Shown piece after piece: positions 8,626 to 16,446 of a DNA stretch of 32,000 bases. The DNA is from Candidatus Methylomirabilis oxygeniifera (GTDB lineage: Bacteria; Methylomirabilota; Methylomirabilia; Methylomirabilales; Methylomirabilaceae): assembly GCA_000091165.1 (NCBI GenBank), contig FP565575.1, positions 1,530,001 through 1,562,000 of the forward strand. The letters run 5' to 3'. A model generated the notes under the pieces. It searched no databases. It saw only the letters and a program-made list of their open reading frames with translations, and was not told where the DNA came from. How positions within the stretch are numbered: the first letter of the stretch is position 1; each line of letters begins with the position of its first letter. A program made the translations under genes and the position numbers.

Positions 8626-9881
8626 GACTGACTCTCTTCAAAAGCCTGAAAATACTTTTCCAATAGGTTTCGGGTGAAGTCGTATTCCATTCCTGCCCCC
8701 AAGTTCACCCCCCTGAAATTCAGGATACCGGCCACTTTCTCTGGGTGGCACCAACTCTGAGCGATAGCAGATGTCTTCCGGTCGAGCTGTTCCTGCTCCC
8801 ACCACATCTCGAACGTGCGCGCGTGGCGTTCCTCCAGAAAGGAGGTAAGCCTGAGAATCTGCGGGTCTTTCCAAAAGCTCGCCCAGAGAAAGAAAAATAC
8901 GACGCGATTTCGCTCATGATCGAGGTGCCGATTTAACACCGACTTCCACTCTTCCGGCGGCATAGGTAGATATGGCGATAGCGCCTCCAACGAGGCGTTT
9001 GCGTGCAGAATATTGTTCAACCGGTTGTTACGCTCCAGCCAGGCGTGGTTTACGTCCTTGCCGGGAAACTTGTCCAACACAACCATAAACCGACCAGTCG
9101 TCACGCTGCTCAAATGAAAAGCCAGGTCCGTTTCAAGAAACATGCACAAATCGAATAGCTTATTGTCTACCCCAATCCAGGACAGATGTCGCCGCCACCA
9201 GTACGCACTATTGAGAGGTCGACTATCAAAAGGAGATCGATATAGACTGTAGTTGTTCAAGAGGCCGTACGGGACAATCGCGTGAATGGTGAGTCCTAAC
9301 TCATCTGCCGCAGCGGCAATGTCCTCTACCCCGACATACATTGAAAAATCACTACATGTATTATTTCGAATAAGCTCCTCAATCGTGATACGTCGACCGT
9401 GTATATATTCCAGGTGATCCAGAGAATGAAGATCAAAAATAATACGCCCGCGATCGGCGATTTTTGCTGTCCATTTTTCGAGTACCTGACGCCAATGCGG
9501 AAAATGAACCATTACATGAAGCGCCATGATGGTGTCAAAATCGGCTGCTCTGCCCGGTAGATCGAGCACATCGCCTTGTAATAATGTGATTGGGGTATCT
9601 CCGGCGAGACGCCGACATTCATCCAGCATAGCGTGAGAGCTGTCCACGCCTGTAACTCTTAAACCTTTTCGCGCCAAGGGCAAGGAGGCGCGACCTGTGC
9701 CGATGCCCACATCCAATATCTTTTGACCCACCGTGAAGGTCTCGCATAGCCCGGGCTCAATAAGATGATACAGACGCCCCGCCCCCGAATAGTCACGCAT
9801 GCGCTGCGAATACCAGCCCACCATCCGCGGATCTTTCCACGCATCGGTCTTCCATTGTATTAACTGTGTCGCATTCGTCAT
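8622..9881 (-). CDS. Class I SAM-dependent methyltransferase with a ~230-aa C-terminal region of unknown function
   Basis: ILDVGIGTGRASLPLARKGLRVTGVDSS is SAM motif I, followed by DFDTIMALHVMVHF. ATG 9881 is preceded by GGGAGGGGGG at about 5 nt; the track's upstream start at 9902 is less likely. The stop overlaps the start of the giant ORF (ATGA). Confidence 0.8.
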   Translation of the reverse strand: MTNATQLIQWKTDAWKDPRMVGWYSQRMRDYSGAGRLYHLIEPGLCETFTVGQKILDVGIGTGRASLPLARKGLRVTGVDSSHAMLDECRRLAGDTPITLLQGDVLDLPGRAADFDTIMALHVMVHFPHWRQVLEKWTAKIADRGRIIFDLHSLDHLEYIHGRRITIEELIRNNTCSDFSMYVGVEDIAAAADELGLTIHAIVPYGLLNNYSLYRSPFDSRPLNSAYWWRRHLSWIGVDNKLFDLCMFLETDLAFHLSSVTTGRFMVVLDKFPGKDVNHAWLERNNRLNNILHANASLEALSPYLPMPPEEWKSVLNRHLDHERNRVVFFFLWASFWKDPQILRLTSFLEERHARTFEMWWEQEQLDRKTSAIAQSWCHPEKVAGILNFRGVNLGAGMEYDFTRNLLEKYFQAFEESQS

Positions 9882-9922
9882 GGAATCCCCCCTCCCACAC
9901 ACACACCGGTATTATTCTCAGA

Positions 9923-9960
9923 ATCTGTGCCCGCGCCTCTCTCTCAAGGCGCCAACAGAT
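9923..9960 (-). terminator. Stem-loop 3 nt after the pseI stop; possible weak terminator or RNA-stability element (no U tract)
   Basis: atctgt (9923-28) pairs with acagat (9955-60). gcgcc (9933-37) pairs with ggcgc (9948-52). The loop is tctctctcaa. Confidence 0.25.
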
Positions 9961-9962
9961 CG

Positions 9963-11021
9963 TTACTCCAGGAGGTCCCAGCTCAACGGGGTACCCTTCT
10001 TGATCGTCTTGCGGGCCCGGCGCTCCAAAACGAGCGGTAAGAACTTCGGTAGAAGGCCATGGCCCGGCCGGATGGCCCGCACGTTTACCGCGGAGAATGC
10101 CTCGCCGGCATCCATATCCTGCACCACAAACAGCGATCGGCGGAAGATCAACGACTTCTTTTCGTCTTCGGTGGGCCCATAGCTTACCTTGCCAAGGGCT
10201 TGCCAAGCACGCTTGGTTTCTATGACCAACTGCATCATCTCCTCGGGCTCCATGGAAAAAGCTGAATCGACACCGTCATCTGTTCTGTGCAGGGTAAGAT
10301 GTTTCTCGATGACCGTCACCCCCAGCGCCACGCTGGCCACCGCCACACCTACACCCATCGTGTGATCCGATAAGCCTACTTCACAATCAAACAGCTCGCG
10401 CATGTGCGGAATTGTAAGGATATTGGCGCTGGTCGGTGACGCCGGATAGGCGCTGGTACATTTCAACAGTACCAGTTCGCGGCAGCCGGCCTCACGGGCG
10501 GCGCGAATGCTCTCGTCGAGTTCGGCAACCGTCGCCATACCCGTCGACATCATGATCGGCTTACCGGTTGCCGCTACCTTGCTGATCAGCGACAGGTCGG
10601 TATTTTCGAACGAGGCGATCTTATAGCAAGGCACATCGAGAGACTCCAGGAACTCTACTGCGGTTGCATTAAAGGGAGTACTGAAGGCCAACAGTCCCAA
10701 CTTGCGGGCACGATCAAAAATGGGCTTGTGCCACTCCCAAGGTGTGTAGGCCTCTTGGTACAGCCTGTAGAGCGACTTACCTTGCCAGAGACTATCGGGA
10801 TCGGAAATAGAGAATTTGGCCTCCTCCAGATCCAAGGTCATCGTGTCGGCGGTATAGGTTTGGATTTTCATGGCGTGTGCCCCAGCCTTGGCTGCCGCTT
10901 CCACTATCGCAAGCGCCCGGTCCACAGACTGATTGTGGTTGCCGGACATCTCGGCGATGATCAGCGGGGGGTCGCTGGCGCCAATCCTCCGACCTGCCAA
11001 CGAAATGGCTGACTTAGGCAT
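9963..11021 (-). CDS. pseI: Pseudaminic acid synthase (NeuB family)
   Basis: N-terminus PLIIAEMSGNHNQSVDRALAIVEAAAKAGAHAMKIQTY and a C-terminal SAF-like region (VRAIRPGHGLLPKF). It is the last gene of a pseB/C/F/G cluster. Confidence 0.88.
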   Translation of the reverse strand: MPKSAISLAGRRIGASDPPLIIAEMSGNHNQSVDRALAIVEAAAKAGAHAMKIQTYTADTMTLDLEEAKFSISDPDSLWQGKSLYRLYQEAYTPWEWHKPIFDRARKLGLLAFSTPFNATAVEFLESLDVPCYKIASFENTDLSLISKVAATGKPIMMSTGMATVAELDESIRAAREAGCRELVLLKCTSAYPASPTSANILTIPHMRELFDCEVGLSDHTMGVGVAVASVALGVTVIEKHLTLHRTDDGVDSAFSMEPEEMMQLVIETKRAWQALGKVSYGPTEDEKKSLIFRRSLFVVQDMDAGEAFSAVNVRAIRPGHGLLPKFLPLVLERRARKTIKKGTPLSWDLLE

Positions 11022-11607
11022 TGGGCTTCTCCGTCAGGATCCGAAAGCTCTTCATCAGTTTTTCTACGGGAGTATCCCACCCCCGCGTGAGCAGATGTGC
11101 TACCCGCTCGCGATCCTTGAGCCGGTGGCAGGAGCCCCCGGGCGGTTGTGGGACGGGAGTAACACTTCCGGCGCGAATCGCAGGCCAGCTTTCTCGGAAC
11201 AGATCCTCGACGGCCGCGCTCAGGCGAGCATAGCTGGAGGCGAGCGTGTCTCCTGGCTCTGGAAATACCTTACGCCGCGCGACAAGCGGGCCGGTATCCA
11301 GACCGCCATCCACGAAATGAATGCTGACGCCCTTGGGGGTGTCGTCGACAAAGGACCACAGATTGGGATCCGAACCTCGGTTCCAGGGCAGGTACGAGAT
11401 GTGTAGATTAACGATCTGGCTGGGCATCGCCCACAACCAATCCTGCCGGATTAGGTGCCGATAGCCGTAGCTGACCAGAAAGTCGTATTTATTCGCCACA
11501 AGGGATGCCGCCAGCAAGGGCGCATCTGTCCGGGTAACCTCATCGCCCACCCCTGTCAGGTAGCCTTCGAGGCTCGGCCTTTCGGAGCCAAGAAGGAGCA
11601 CGCGCAC
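11014..11607 (-). CDS. Formyltransferase-family protein (N-terminal Fmt/PurN/ArnA-like catalytic domain only), occupying the usual pseH position
   Basis: NLHISYLPWNRGSDPNLW matches the N-x-H-x-S-L-L-P-x-x-R-G formyltransferase signature, and FVDGGLDTGPLVA supplies the catalytic Asp region. GTG 11607 lies 6 nt after AGGAGG. I reject the track's start at 11655 because it would overlap pseG by 47 nt. Confidence 0.7.
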   Translation of the reverse strand: MRVLLLGSERPSLEGYLTGVGDEVTRTDAPLLAASLVANKYDFLVSYGYRHLIRQDWLWAMPSQIVNLHISYLPWNRGSDPNLWSFVDDTPKGVSIHFVDGGLDTGPLVARRKVFPEPGDTLASSYARLSAAVEDLFRESWPAIRAGSVTPVPQPPGGSCHRLKDRERVAHLLTRGWDTPVEKLMKSFRILTEKPNA

Positions 11608-11608
11608 C

Positions 11609-12715
11609 TCAAGCCTCCTGCATGGCGATGGATACGCGCGTCGCGCCGAGGCCATCCACCCGTTCCAGCGCGCGCGCCGACATGCGTGTAAGCGCAGCCC
11701 GCGCCTCGATGAGTTCGCGGATTGCGCGCTCCATGGCGTCGACCGTTACCTGACCCGTGTGCCCGAGCCAGCGGATCCCTCTGCGCCGAGCAAGTTCAGA
11801 CGCAATAGGTCGTTGGTTGTCCGCAAGGGTAATCACCAGTGACGGCAGTCCCAAGCAGCAGCGCTCCCAGGTGGTAGTGCCACCAGCGCCGATGGCGAGA
11901 TCGGCTCGGACCATCAGTGGCGCAAGGGTCGGCAAGCCGCTGTGAAGATGAACGTTAGCGTACCCAGCCGTTTGCTGGCAAATACTTTCCGCGTGGGGGC
12001 TGCTCCCATTGACCACCACATCCAGATCGATATCGGAGCGGCCCAGCGTAAGAAACGCTTCGATTGCCATGCCGGTTAAGTTACCCACATCAGCCCCACC
12101 AAAGTAGACTAAGATGCGCCGGATCGGTCCGTCGCGAGGAGGAACCCGATCGTGCAGTTCGGCATACTCGGGCTGCAGGAGCGCATACTGCGGCCCCAGC
12201 ATCAGTCCGCAGTGCGCAGGCACCTTCCCGGCATAGCGCGCTTCACCATTGCTGAAAAGATTCTGGTCCAACAACAGGTCGCAGTCATGGGAACGATCAG
12301 CAAGGTCGTCAATGACCATGAGGCGTTTGGTGTGAGATCGTAAGGCAGACTCCCATCTCGCATCCAGGGCATAGTGATCGATAATAAGCCAGTCGACTGT
12401 ACCAAATATCCCGCCGATCGCCTCGCTAGTTTCTTCTGCGTCTTGTTCCCATGAAGCGCCAAGCCAATGAGCATGCTTCAGCAGGTTAACTCCATCAGTT
12501 GTGTCGTCAGCGCGAAACTCGGACATTACGGGCAGCCGAAACACACCACATCCCCGCGCAGCAATTTCCTGGCACAAATGGCCGGGATGCTCCCGACTCA
12601 CAAACAATATCTCCGCACCCTTCCCCTTCAAGGCCATCGCCAGGGTGAGACACCGCATCACATGGCCCATACCGATGGTCAAGGAGGCGTCGGCACGAAT
12701 GATGATACGGCTCAT
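11609..12715 (-). CDS. pseG: UDP-2,4-diacetamido-2,4,6-trideoxy-beta-L-altropyranose hydrolase
   Basis: MSRIIIRADASLTIGMGHVMRCLTLA is a typical PseG N-terminus, and the C-terminal half is GT-B-like (GAGGTTTWERCCLGLP). ATGA overlap with the pseF stop. Confidence 0.85.
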   Translation of the reverse strand: MSRIIIRADASLTIGMGHVMRCLTLAMALKGKGAEILFVSREHPGHLCQEIAARGCGVFRLPVMSEFRADDTTDGVNLLKHAHWLGASWEQDAEETSEAIGGIFGTVDWLIIDHYALDARWESALRSHTKRLMVIDDLADRSHDCDLLLDQNLFSNGEARYAGKVPAHCGLMLGPQYALLQPEYAELHDRVPPRDGPIRRILVYFGGADVGNLTGMAIEAFLTLGRSDIDLDVVVNGSSPHAESICQQTAGYANVHLHSGLPTLAPLMVRADLAIGAGGTTTWERCCLGLPSLVITLADNQRPIASELARRRGIRWLGHTGQVTVDAMERAIRELIEARAALTRMSARALERVDGLGATRVSIAMQEA

Positions 12716-13572
12716 CGTTCACCTATTCGCATGGGGTAGTGTTCGTATGCAGGAATGTCGGTAGCCTGCCGCACTATCTTGGCCTCGGTGGGTATCTGCT
12801 CACTAAAGCGGAAGATGCTCGTCCCCGCATCAGCCGAGACGCCGGTTTCCCGGATCACTTGACGCATGTGCTGATCGGCGCCGGCGCCGCCTAAGGCAAT
12901 TGCCTTGTAGATGAGTTCGGCACGACACCAGTCGTCCGGCGTATCAATATCGACGCTACGCCACGCTGGGATTTCAATCCCGCAACCATGACTGTGAACA
13001 GGTTTACCTGATAACCATGTACCAGGATTGCCCCAATAGAACTGGCCGGCGTCATAGAAAGCAGGTTCGAGATCTTGCGTTCTGGCGTGCACATAGTTGT
13101 TATAGAACGGGCTCACTGTTCCATCTGGTGACAACCGAAGCGCGCGCTGAATCGCGGAGGGAAAGGCCACAACCGGGAACACATAATCCAGTTTTGTTTC
13201 TACCAGAATGGTCATCGCGGCTTGAAGATCCTCAATTCGTAACATCGGAACACAAGGATAGACGCAACAGACAGCTTGGATTATGCTGACGGGCACTTGG
13301 CAGTTCTCGATGGCGTGGGCCACCACAGGGACAGTCGGCGTATGGTCATCGGCTAACTCATCAGGCCTGATAAATGGGATCTCCGCTCCCCACGTTCGCG
13401 AGACCTCTGCTATTTCCACGTCATCAGTCGATACGATGACTTTATCAAAGAGATTGCTCGCTTTTGCGGTGAGGATAGCGTGGGCAATCATGGGCTTGCC
13501 TGCAAACTCGCGGATGTTCTTGCGAGGGATTCTCTTGCTGCCGCCGCGTGCCGGAATGATGGCAACATTCAT
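12712..13572 (-). CDS. pseF: Pseudaminic acid cytidylyltransferase (CMP-Pse synthetase) with a ~50-aa C-terminal tail
   Basis: MNVAIIPARGGSKRIPRKNI is the cytidylyltransferase P-loop-like motif. ATG 13572 overlaps the pseC TGA (ATGA) and follows AAGGAAG. I reject the track's start at 13680. Confidence 0.85.
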   Translation of the reverse strand: MNVAIIPARGGSKRIPRKNIREFAGKPMIAHAILTAKASNLFDKVIVSTDDVEIAEVSRTWGAEIPFIRPDELADDHTPTVPVVAHAIENCQVPVSIIQAVCCVYPCVPMLRIEDLQAAMTILVETKLDYVFPVVAFPSAIQRALRLSPDGTVSPFYNNYVHARTQDLEPAFYDAGQFYWGNPGTWLSGKPVHSHGCGIEIPAWRSVDIDTPDDWCRAELIYKAIALGGAGADQHMRQVIRETGVSADAGTSIFRFSEQIPTEAKIVRQATDIPAYEHYPMRIGER

Positions 13573-14723
13573 AAGAGCTTCCTTAATGCCTCCACCACCC
13601 GATCCTGCTCGTCTTCGGTCAGGGCAGGATAGAGCGGCAGAGTGATGGCCTCTTCGCCGTGAGCCTCGGCTTCCGGACACTGTCCAGGGCCGAAACCCAG
13701 GTTGCGGTAATAGGGCTGCAAGTGCACCGGCATGTAGTGTACGTTTACGCCAATGTCCGCAGCGCGCAGGGCCTCGAAGATTTCCCGATGGGTCTTTGTG
13801 AGCGTCTCTCGGTTCAAGCGCACCACATAGAGGTGGAAGGCGGAATAGTTTTCCGGCTTCACGGTCGGCAGCCGCAAAGGTAGCCCTTGGAGCGCGTCGT
13901 CATAGCGAGCAGCCAGGACATTACGGCGCTTCACCCATTCATCCAGTTGCGCGAGTTGACTCAAGCCCAAAGCCGCCTGGATGTCGGTCATGCGGTAGTT
14001 GAAACCCAACACCTGTTGTTCATAGGCCCACGGTCCAGCGGATGGCTGTGCCATGTGCTCGGGCTCGCGGGTGATCCCGTGAGTGCGCAGCTTGTCCATG
14101 CGCCATGCGTGTTCTTGGCTGTTAGAAAGCGCCATGCCGCCTTCGCCAGTGGTGATGATCTTGACCGGATGGAAGCTAAACACGGTGATGTCCGACCAGC
14201 GGCAACTACCCACCGGCTCGCCGTAGCGGGAGGCGCCGATAGCATGAGACGCATCCTCGACGACCTTGAAGCCGAACTCTTGCGCCAGCTCCCAAATCGC
14301 TTCCTGATCGGTGGGTTGGCCGGCGAAGTGTACCGGCACCACCACCTTAGGCAGACGCGTGTCTCGCTTGGCCTTAACGAGCTTCTTACGCAGCCGAGGC
14401 ACGCTTAGGTTCCACGTATCGGGGTCGATGTCGACAAAGTCTACCTCGGCGCCACAATAGCGCCCGCAGTTAGCCGATGCCACAAAGGTATTAGGTAACG
14501 TCCAGAGTCGATCACCCGGTCTAAGGTCCAGCGCCAGACAAGCAATGTGGAGAGCCGAAGTACCGGAATTCGTAGCGACGGCGTACCTCGCTCCCACCTT
14601 GGCGGCAACCGCCTGTTCAAAGCGGGGCACCATAGGCCCCTGGGTGAGCCAATCTGAACGCAACACTGCGACCACCGCGTCGATGTCTGCTTGGCTGATA
14701 TCCTGTCGGCCGTAAGGGATCAT
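13569..14723 (-). CDS. pseC: UDP-4-amino-4,6-dideoxy-N-acetyl-beta-L-altrosamine transaminase (DegT/DnrJ/EryC1 family)
   Basis: MIPYGRQDISQADIDAVVAVLRSDWLTQGP..ATNSGTSALH..SFHPVKIITTGEGG (PLP-Lys region). Confidence 0.9.
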   Translation of the reverse strand: MIPYGRQDISQADIDAVVAVLRSDWLTQGPMVPRFEQAVAAKVGARYAVATNSGTSALHIACLALDLRPGDRLWTLPNTFVASANCGRYCGAEVDFVDIDPDTWNLSVPRLRKKLVKAKRDTRLPKVVVPVHFAGQPTDQEAIWELAQEFGFKVVEDASHAIGASRYGEPVGSCRWSDITVFSFHPVKIITTGEGGMALSNSQEHAWRMDKLRTHGITREPEHMAQPSAGPWAYEQQVLGFNYRMTDIQAALGLSQLAQLDEWVKRRNVLAARYDDALQGLPLRLPTVKPENYSAFHLYVVRLNRETLTKTHREIFEALRAADIGVNVHYMPVHLQPYYRNLGFGPGQCPEAEAHGEEAITLPLYPALTEDEQDRVVEALRKLL

Positions 14724-14726
14724 GTG

Positions 14727-15725
14727 TCAAAGGTGCTCGATCTTGTTGCGATACCGATCAATCCAGTCCCGCAGGGTGTCGATAGTCATCCACTCCGAGT
14801 TGTTGTCGGAACGATAACTGAAATCCGGATCGACCTTCTTACCGCCATTGTTACGAGCCGGATCCCAACTCCAGTTATGTATCGCAGGCAAAATCTTGAA
14901 GTGGTCCGCATACGCATAGGTATACGGCGCATCTTCCATGCCGATCATCTGCTCGTGAACCTTTTCGCCTGGGCGAATGCCAACGATTTTCAGGTGCGCA
15001 TCCGGGGCAACGGCGCGCGCAATATCGGTAAGCTTCATCGATGGGATTCTCTTGACGTAGATCTCGCCTCCCACCATATTGTTAAAGGCATGCCATACTA
15101 GCTCCACACCTTGTTCGAGGGTAATCATAAAGCGGGTCATCCGTTCATCGGTAATCGGCAACACACCCGTATGGGCCACGCTCATGAGAAATGGAATAAC
15201 CGAGCCGCGCGATCCCATGACATTGCCGTATCGTACGATGGCAAATCGGGTCTCACTGGCGCCCGAATAAGAGTTGCCGGCAATAAATAGCTTATCGGAG
15301 GCTAGCTTGGTCGCACCATAGAGATTGATCGGGTTGCTGGCCTTATCGGTGGACAGTGCGACCACCCGCTTTACGCGTCGGTCAATGCCGGCATCGACGA
15401 GGTTCATTGCCCCCATGACGTTCGTCTTCACACACTCGAAAGGATTATATTCGGCCGTTGGTACGATCTTGGTTGCGGCGGCATGCACGACATAGTCGAT
15501 GCCATCCAGGGCACGGACGAGTCGCTCTTTGTCCCGCACATCACCGATGAAGAATCGTACCCGCTCGTCATCGCCATAGAGCTTAGCCATCTCCCACTGT
15601 TTCATCTCGTCACGCGAAAAAATGACCAGGCGCCGTGGGTTGTATTTCGCAAGGGTCATGGGCACAAAGGTGTGGCCGAAGGAACCTGTGCCGCCACTGA
15701 TGAGGATGGAAGAGTTTGTCAGCAT
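14727..15725 (-). CDS. pseB: UDP-N-acetylglucosamine 4,6-dehydratase (inverting)
   Basis: ILISGGTGSFGHTF Rossmann motif, FFIGDVRDKERL, and YGATKLASDKLF (YxxxK). It is the first gene of the pse operon. Confidence 0.92.
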   Translation of the reverse strand: MLTNSSILISGGTGSFGHTFVPMTLAKYNPRRLVIFSRDEMKQWEMAKLYGDDERVRFFIGDVRDKERLVRALDGIDYVVHAAATKIVPTAEYNPFECVKTNVMGAMNLVDAGIDRRVKRVVALSTDKASNPINLYGATKLASDKLFIAGNSYSGASETRFAIVRYGNVMGSRGSVIPFLMSVAHTGVLPITDERMTRFMITLEQGVELVWHAFNNMVGGEIYVKRIPSMKLTDIARAVAPDAHLKIVGIRPGEKVHEQMIGMEDAPYTYAYADHFKILPAIHNWSWDPARNNGGKKVDPDFSYRSDNNSEWMTIDTLRDWIDRYRNKIEHL

Positions 15726-15864
15726 GGAAATCCGACTCTCATAATTACCGCTCTATTGGCTTTCGTATGGGTAAGGATCGAACCCTCCGCGGTAGAAAAT
15801 GGCTGCTTTCATTATGGCCCTTGCTCACTGCTTGGATTCGATCAGTGACGTCATCTGGAGTAAC

Positions 15865-15879
15865 GCAAGCCGTGTGCCA
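15865..15879 (-). promoter_or_regulatory. Sigma54 (RpoN) -24/-12 promoter upstream of pseB
   Basis: The minus strand reads TGGCAC-ACGGC-TTGC, a full match to the TGGCAC-N5-TTGC consensus. It sits ~140 nt upstream of the pseB ATG (15725). The 15-mer is identical to 29830..29844. Confidence 0.75.
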
Positions 15880-15982
15880 TCAGGAATGGCCAGAGTATCC
15901 CACGTAACTAGTTGAAAACACGATGACAGATCCTTCTCCTGGAGATCAGGCGTCAGAAATTGGCCGATAAGATACCGGCGGG

Positions 15983-16011
15983 TGGGGAAAATTTTGCCGC
16001 TGGCATCAAGC
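15983..16011. promoter_or_regulatory. Conserved upstream motif shared with the flgF promoter region (candidate enhancer/bending site)
   Basis: The plus strand reads TGGGGAAAATTTTGCCGC-TGGCATCAAGC here and TGGGGAAAAATTTGCCGC-AGTACTCAAGC at 29916..29944. The first 18 nt match at 17 of 18 positions. Confidence 0.5.
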
Positions 16012-16027
16012 AGCCCCTGAGTTACTG

Positions 16028-16064
16028 ATTCGCGTTCGATGCGCTACAGGCGTATCGAACGAAT
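16028..16064. promoter_or_regulatory. Imperfect inverted repeat ~150-185 bp upstream of the pse sigma54 promoter (candidate activator site)
   Basis: attcgcgttcgatgcg - ctacagg - cgtatcgaacgaat. Confidence 0.3.
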
Positions 16065-16241
16065 GGCGAATGGCGCCGACAATGAGACGGTTTAAGAAAT
16101 ACAACGCCTGGAATGGAAGGCTTACGGTAGGAAAGCGTTTGAAGTGGAAAGTAACTTTAGGCTTGGATTAAGGATCCTCGACCCTCGTGCAAGGGGTAGA
16201 AGCCGTAATTAGGATCACTTGGATCTTTTCAGGAGCCATAA

Positions 16242-16372
16242 GAGCCTGTCCTGCAAACCCCTTGTTGTGGTTCAACAGGCTCACCACGAACGGAAAAGGT
16301 CAATGTTTTCAATATACACATCGTTCACCATGAGCTTGTCGAAGGTTATATGAGGGTTTTCAGGACAGGCTC
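16242..16372. repeat. MITE-like palindromic element, copy 1 (~131 bp, ~19-bp terminal inverted repeats)
   Basis: The left end is GAGCCTGTCCTGCAAACCC. The reverse complement of the right end is GAGCCTGTCCTGAAAACCC. The interior also folds back on itself. It is homologous to the reverse complement of 18786..18915. ATAA flanks both ends. Confidence 0.7.
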
Positions 16373-16446
16373 ATAAGCCACCGCAATCTTGAAGGAAAGG
16401 GCCCGTACGCTACACTGCTTCGTAACTTAACGAAAACTCAGACCTT

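Noticed and set aside
212-8677. All ORF-track entries inside the giant gene region (for example 306..1208 -, 1306..1845 +, 2625..2948 -, 3001..3327 +, 4159..4491 +, 5926..6252 +, 7433..7684 +, 7952..8191 -)
   Set aside because: They are off-frame or antisense to a frame that carries clear GT2/GT4/MTase/TPR motifs over 8.6 kb. Their peptides are Arg/Ser/Pro-rich and low in complexity, which is typical of shadow ORFs in GC-rich DNA.
15771-15790. tRNA T-loop-like GGGTTCGATCC on the minus strand in the pseB leader, considered as a tRNA fragment or island att site
   Set aside because: The flanking bases do not form a T stem (GAGGG vs CTTAC), and no acceptor or anticodon arms can be drawn, so the match is probably chance.
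15963-15970. GCCGATAA (sigma28 -10 consensus) on the plus strand, and a second occurrence at 18913..18920
   Set aside because: There is no TAAA -35 element at the required ~15-nt spacing and no plus-strand gene downstream within reach. The second copy is part of the flank of the MITE-like repeat.
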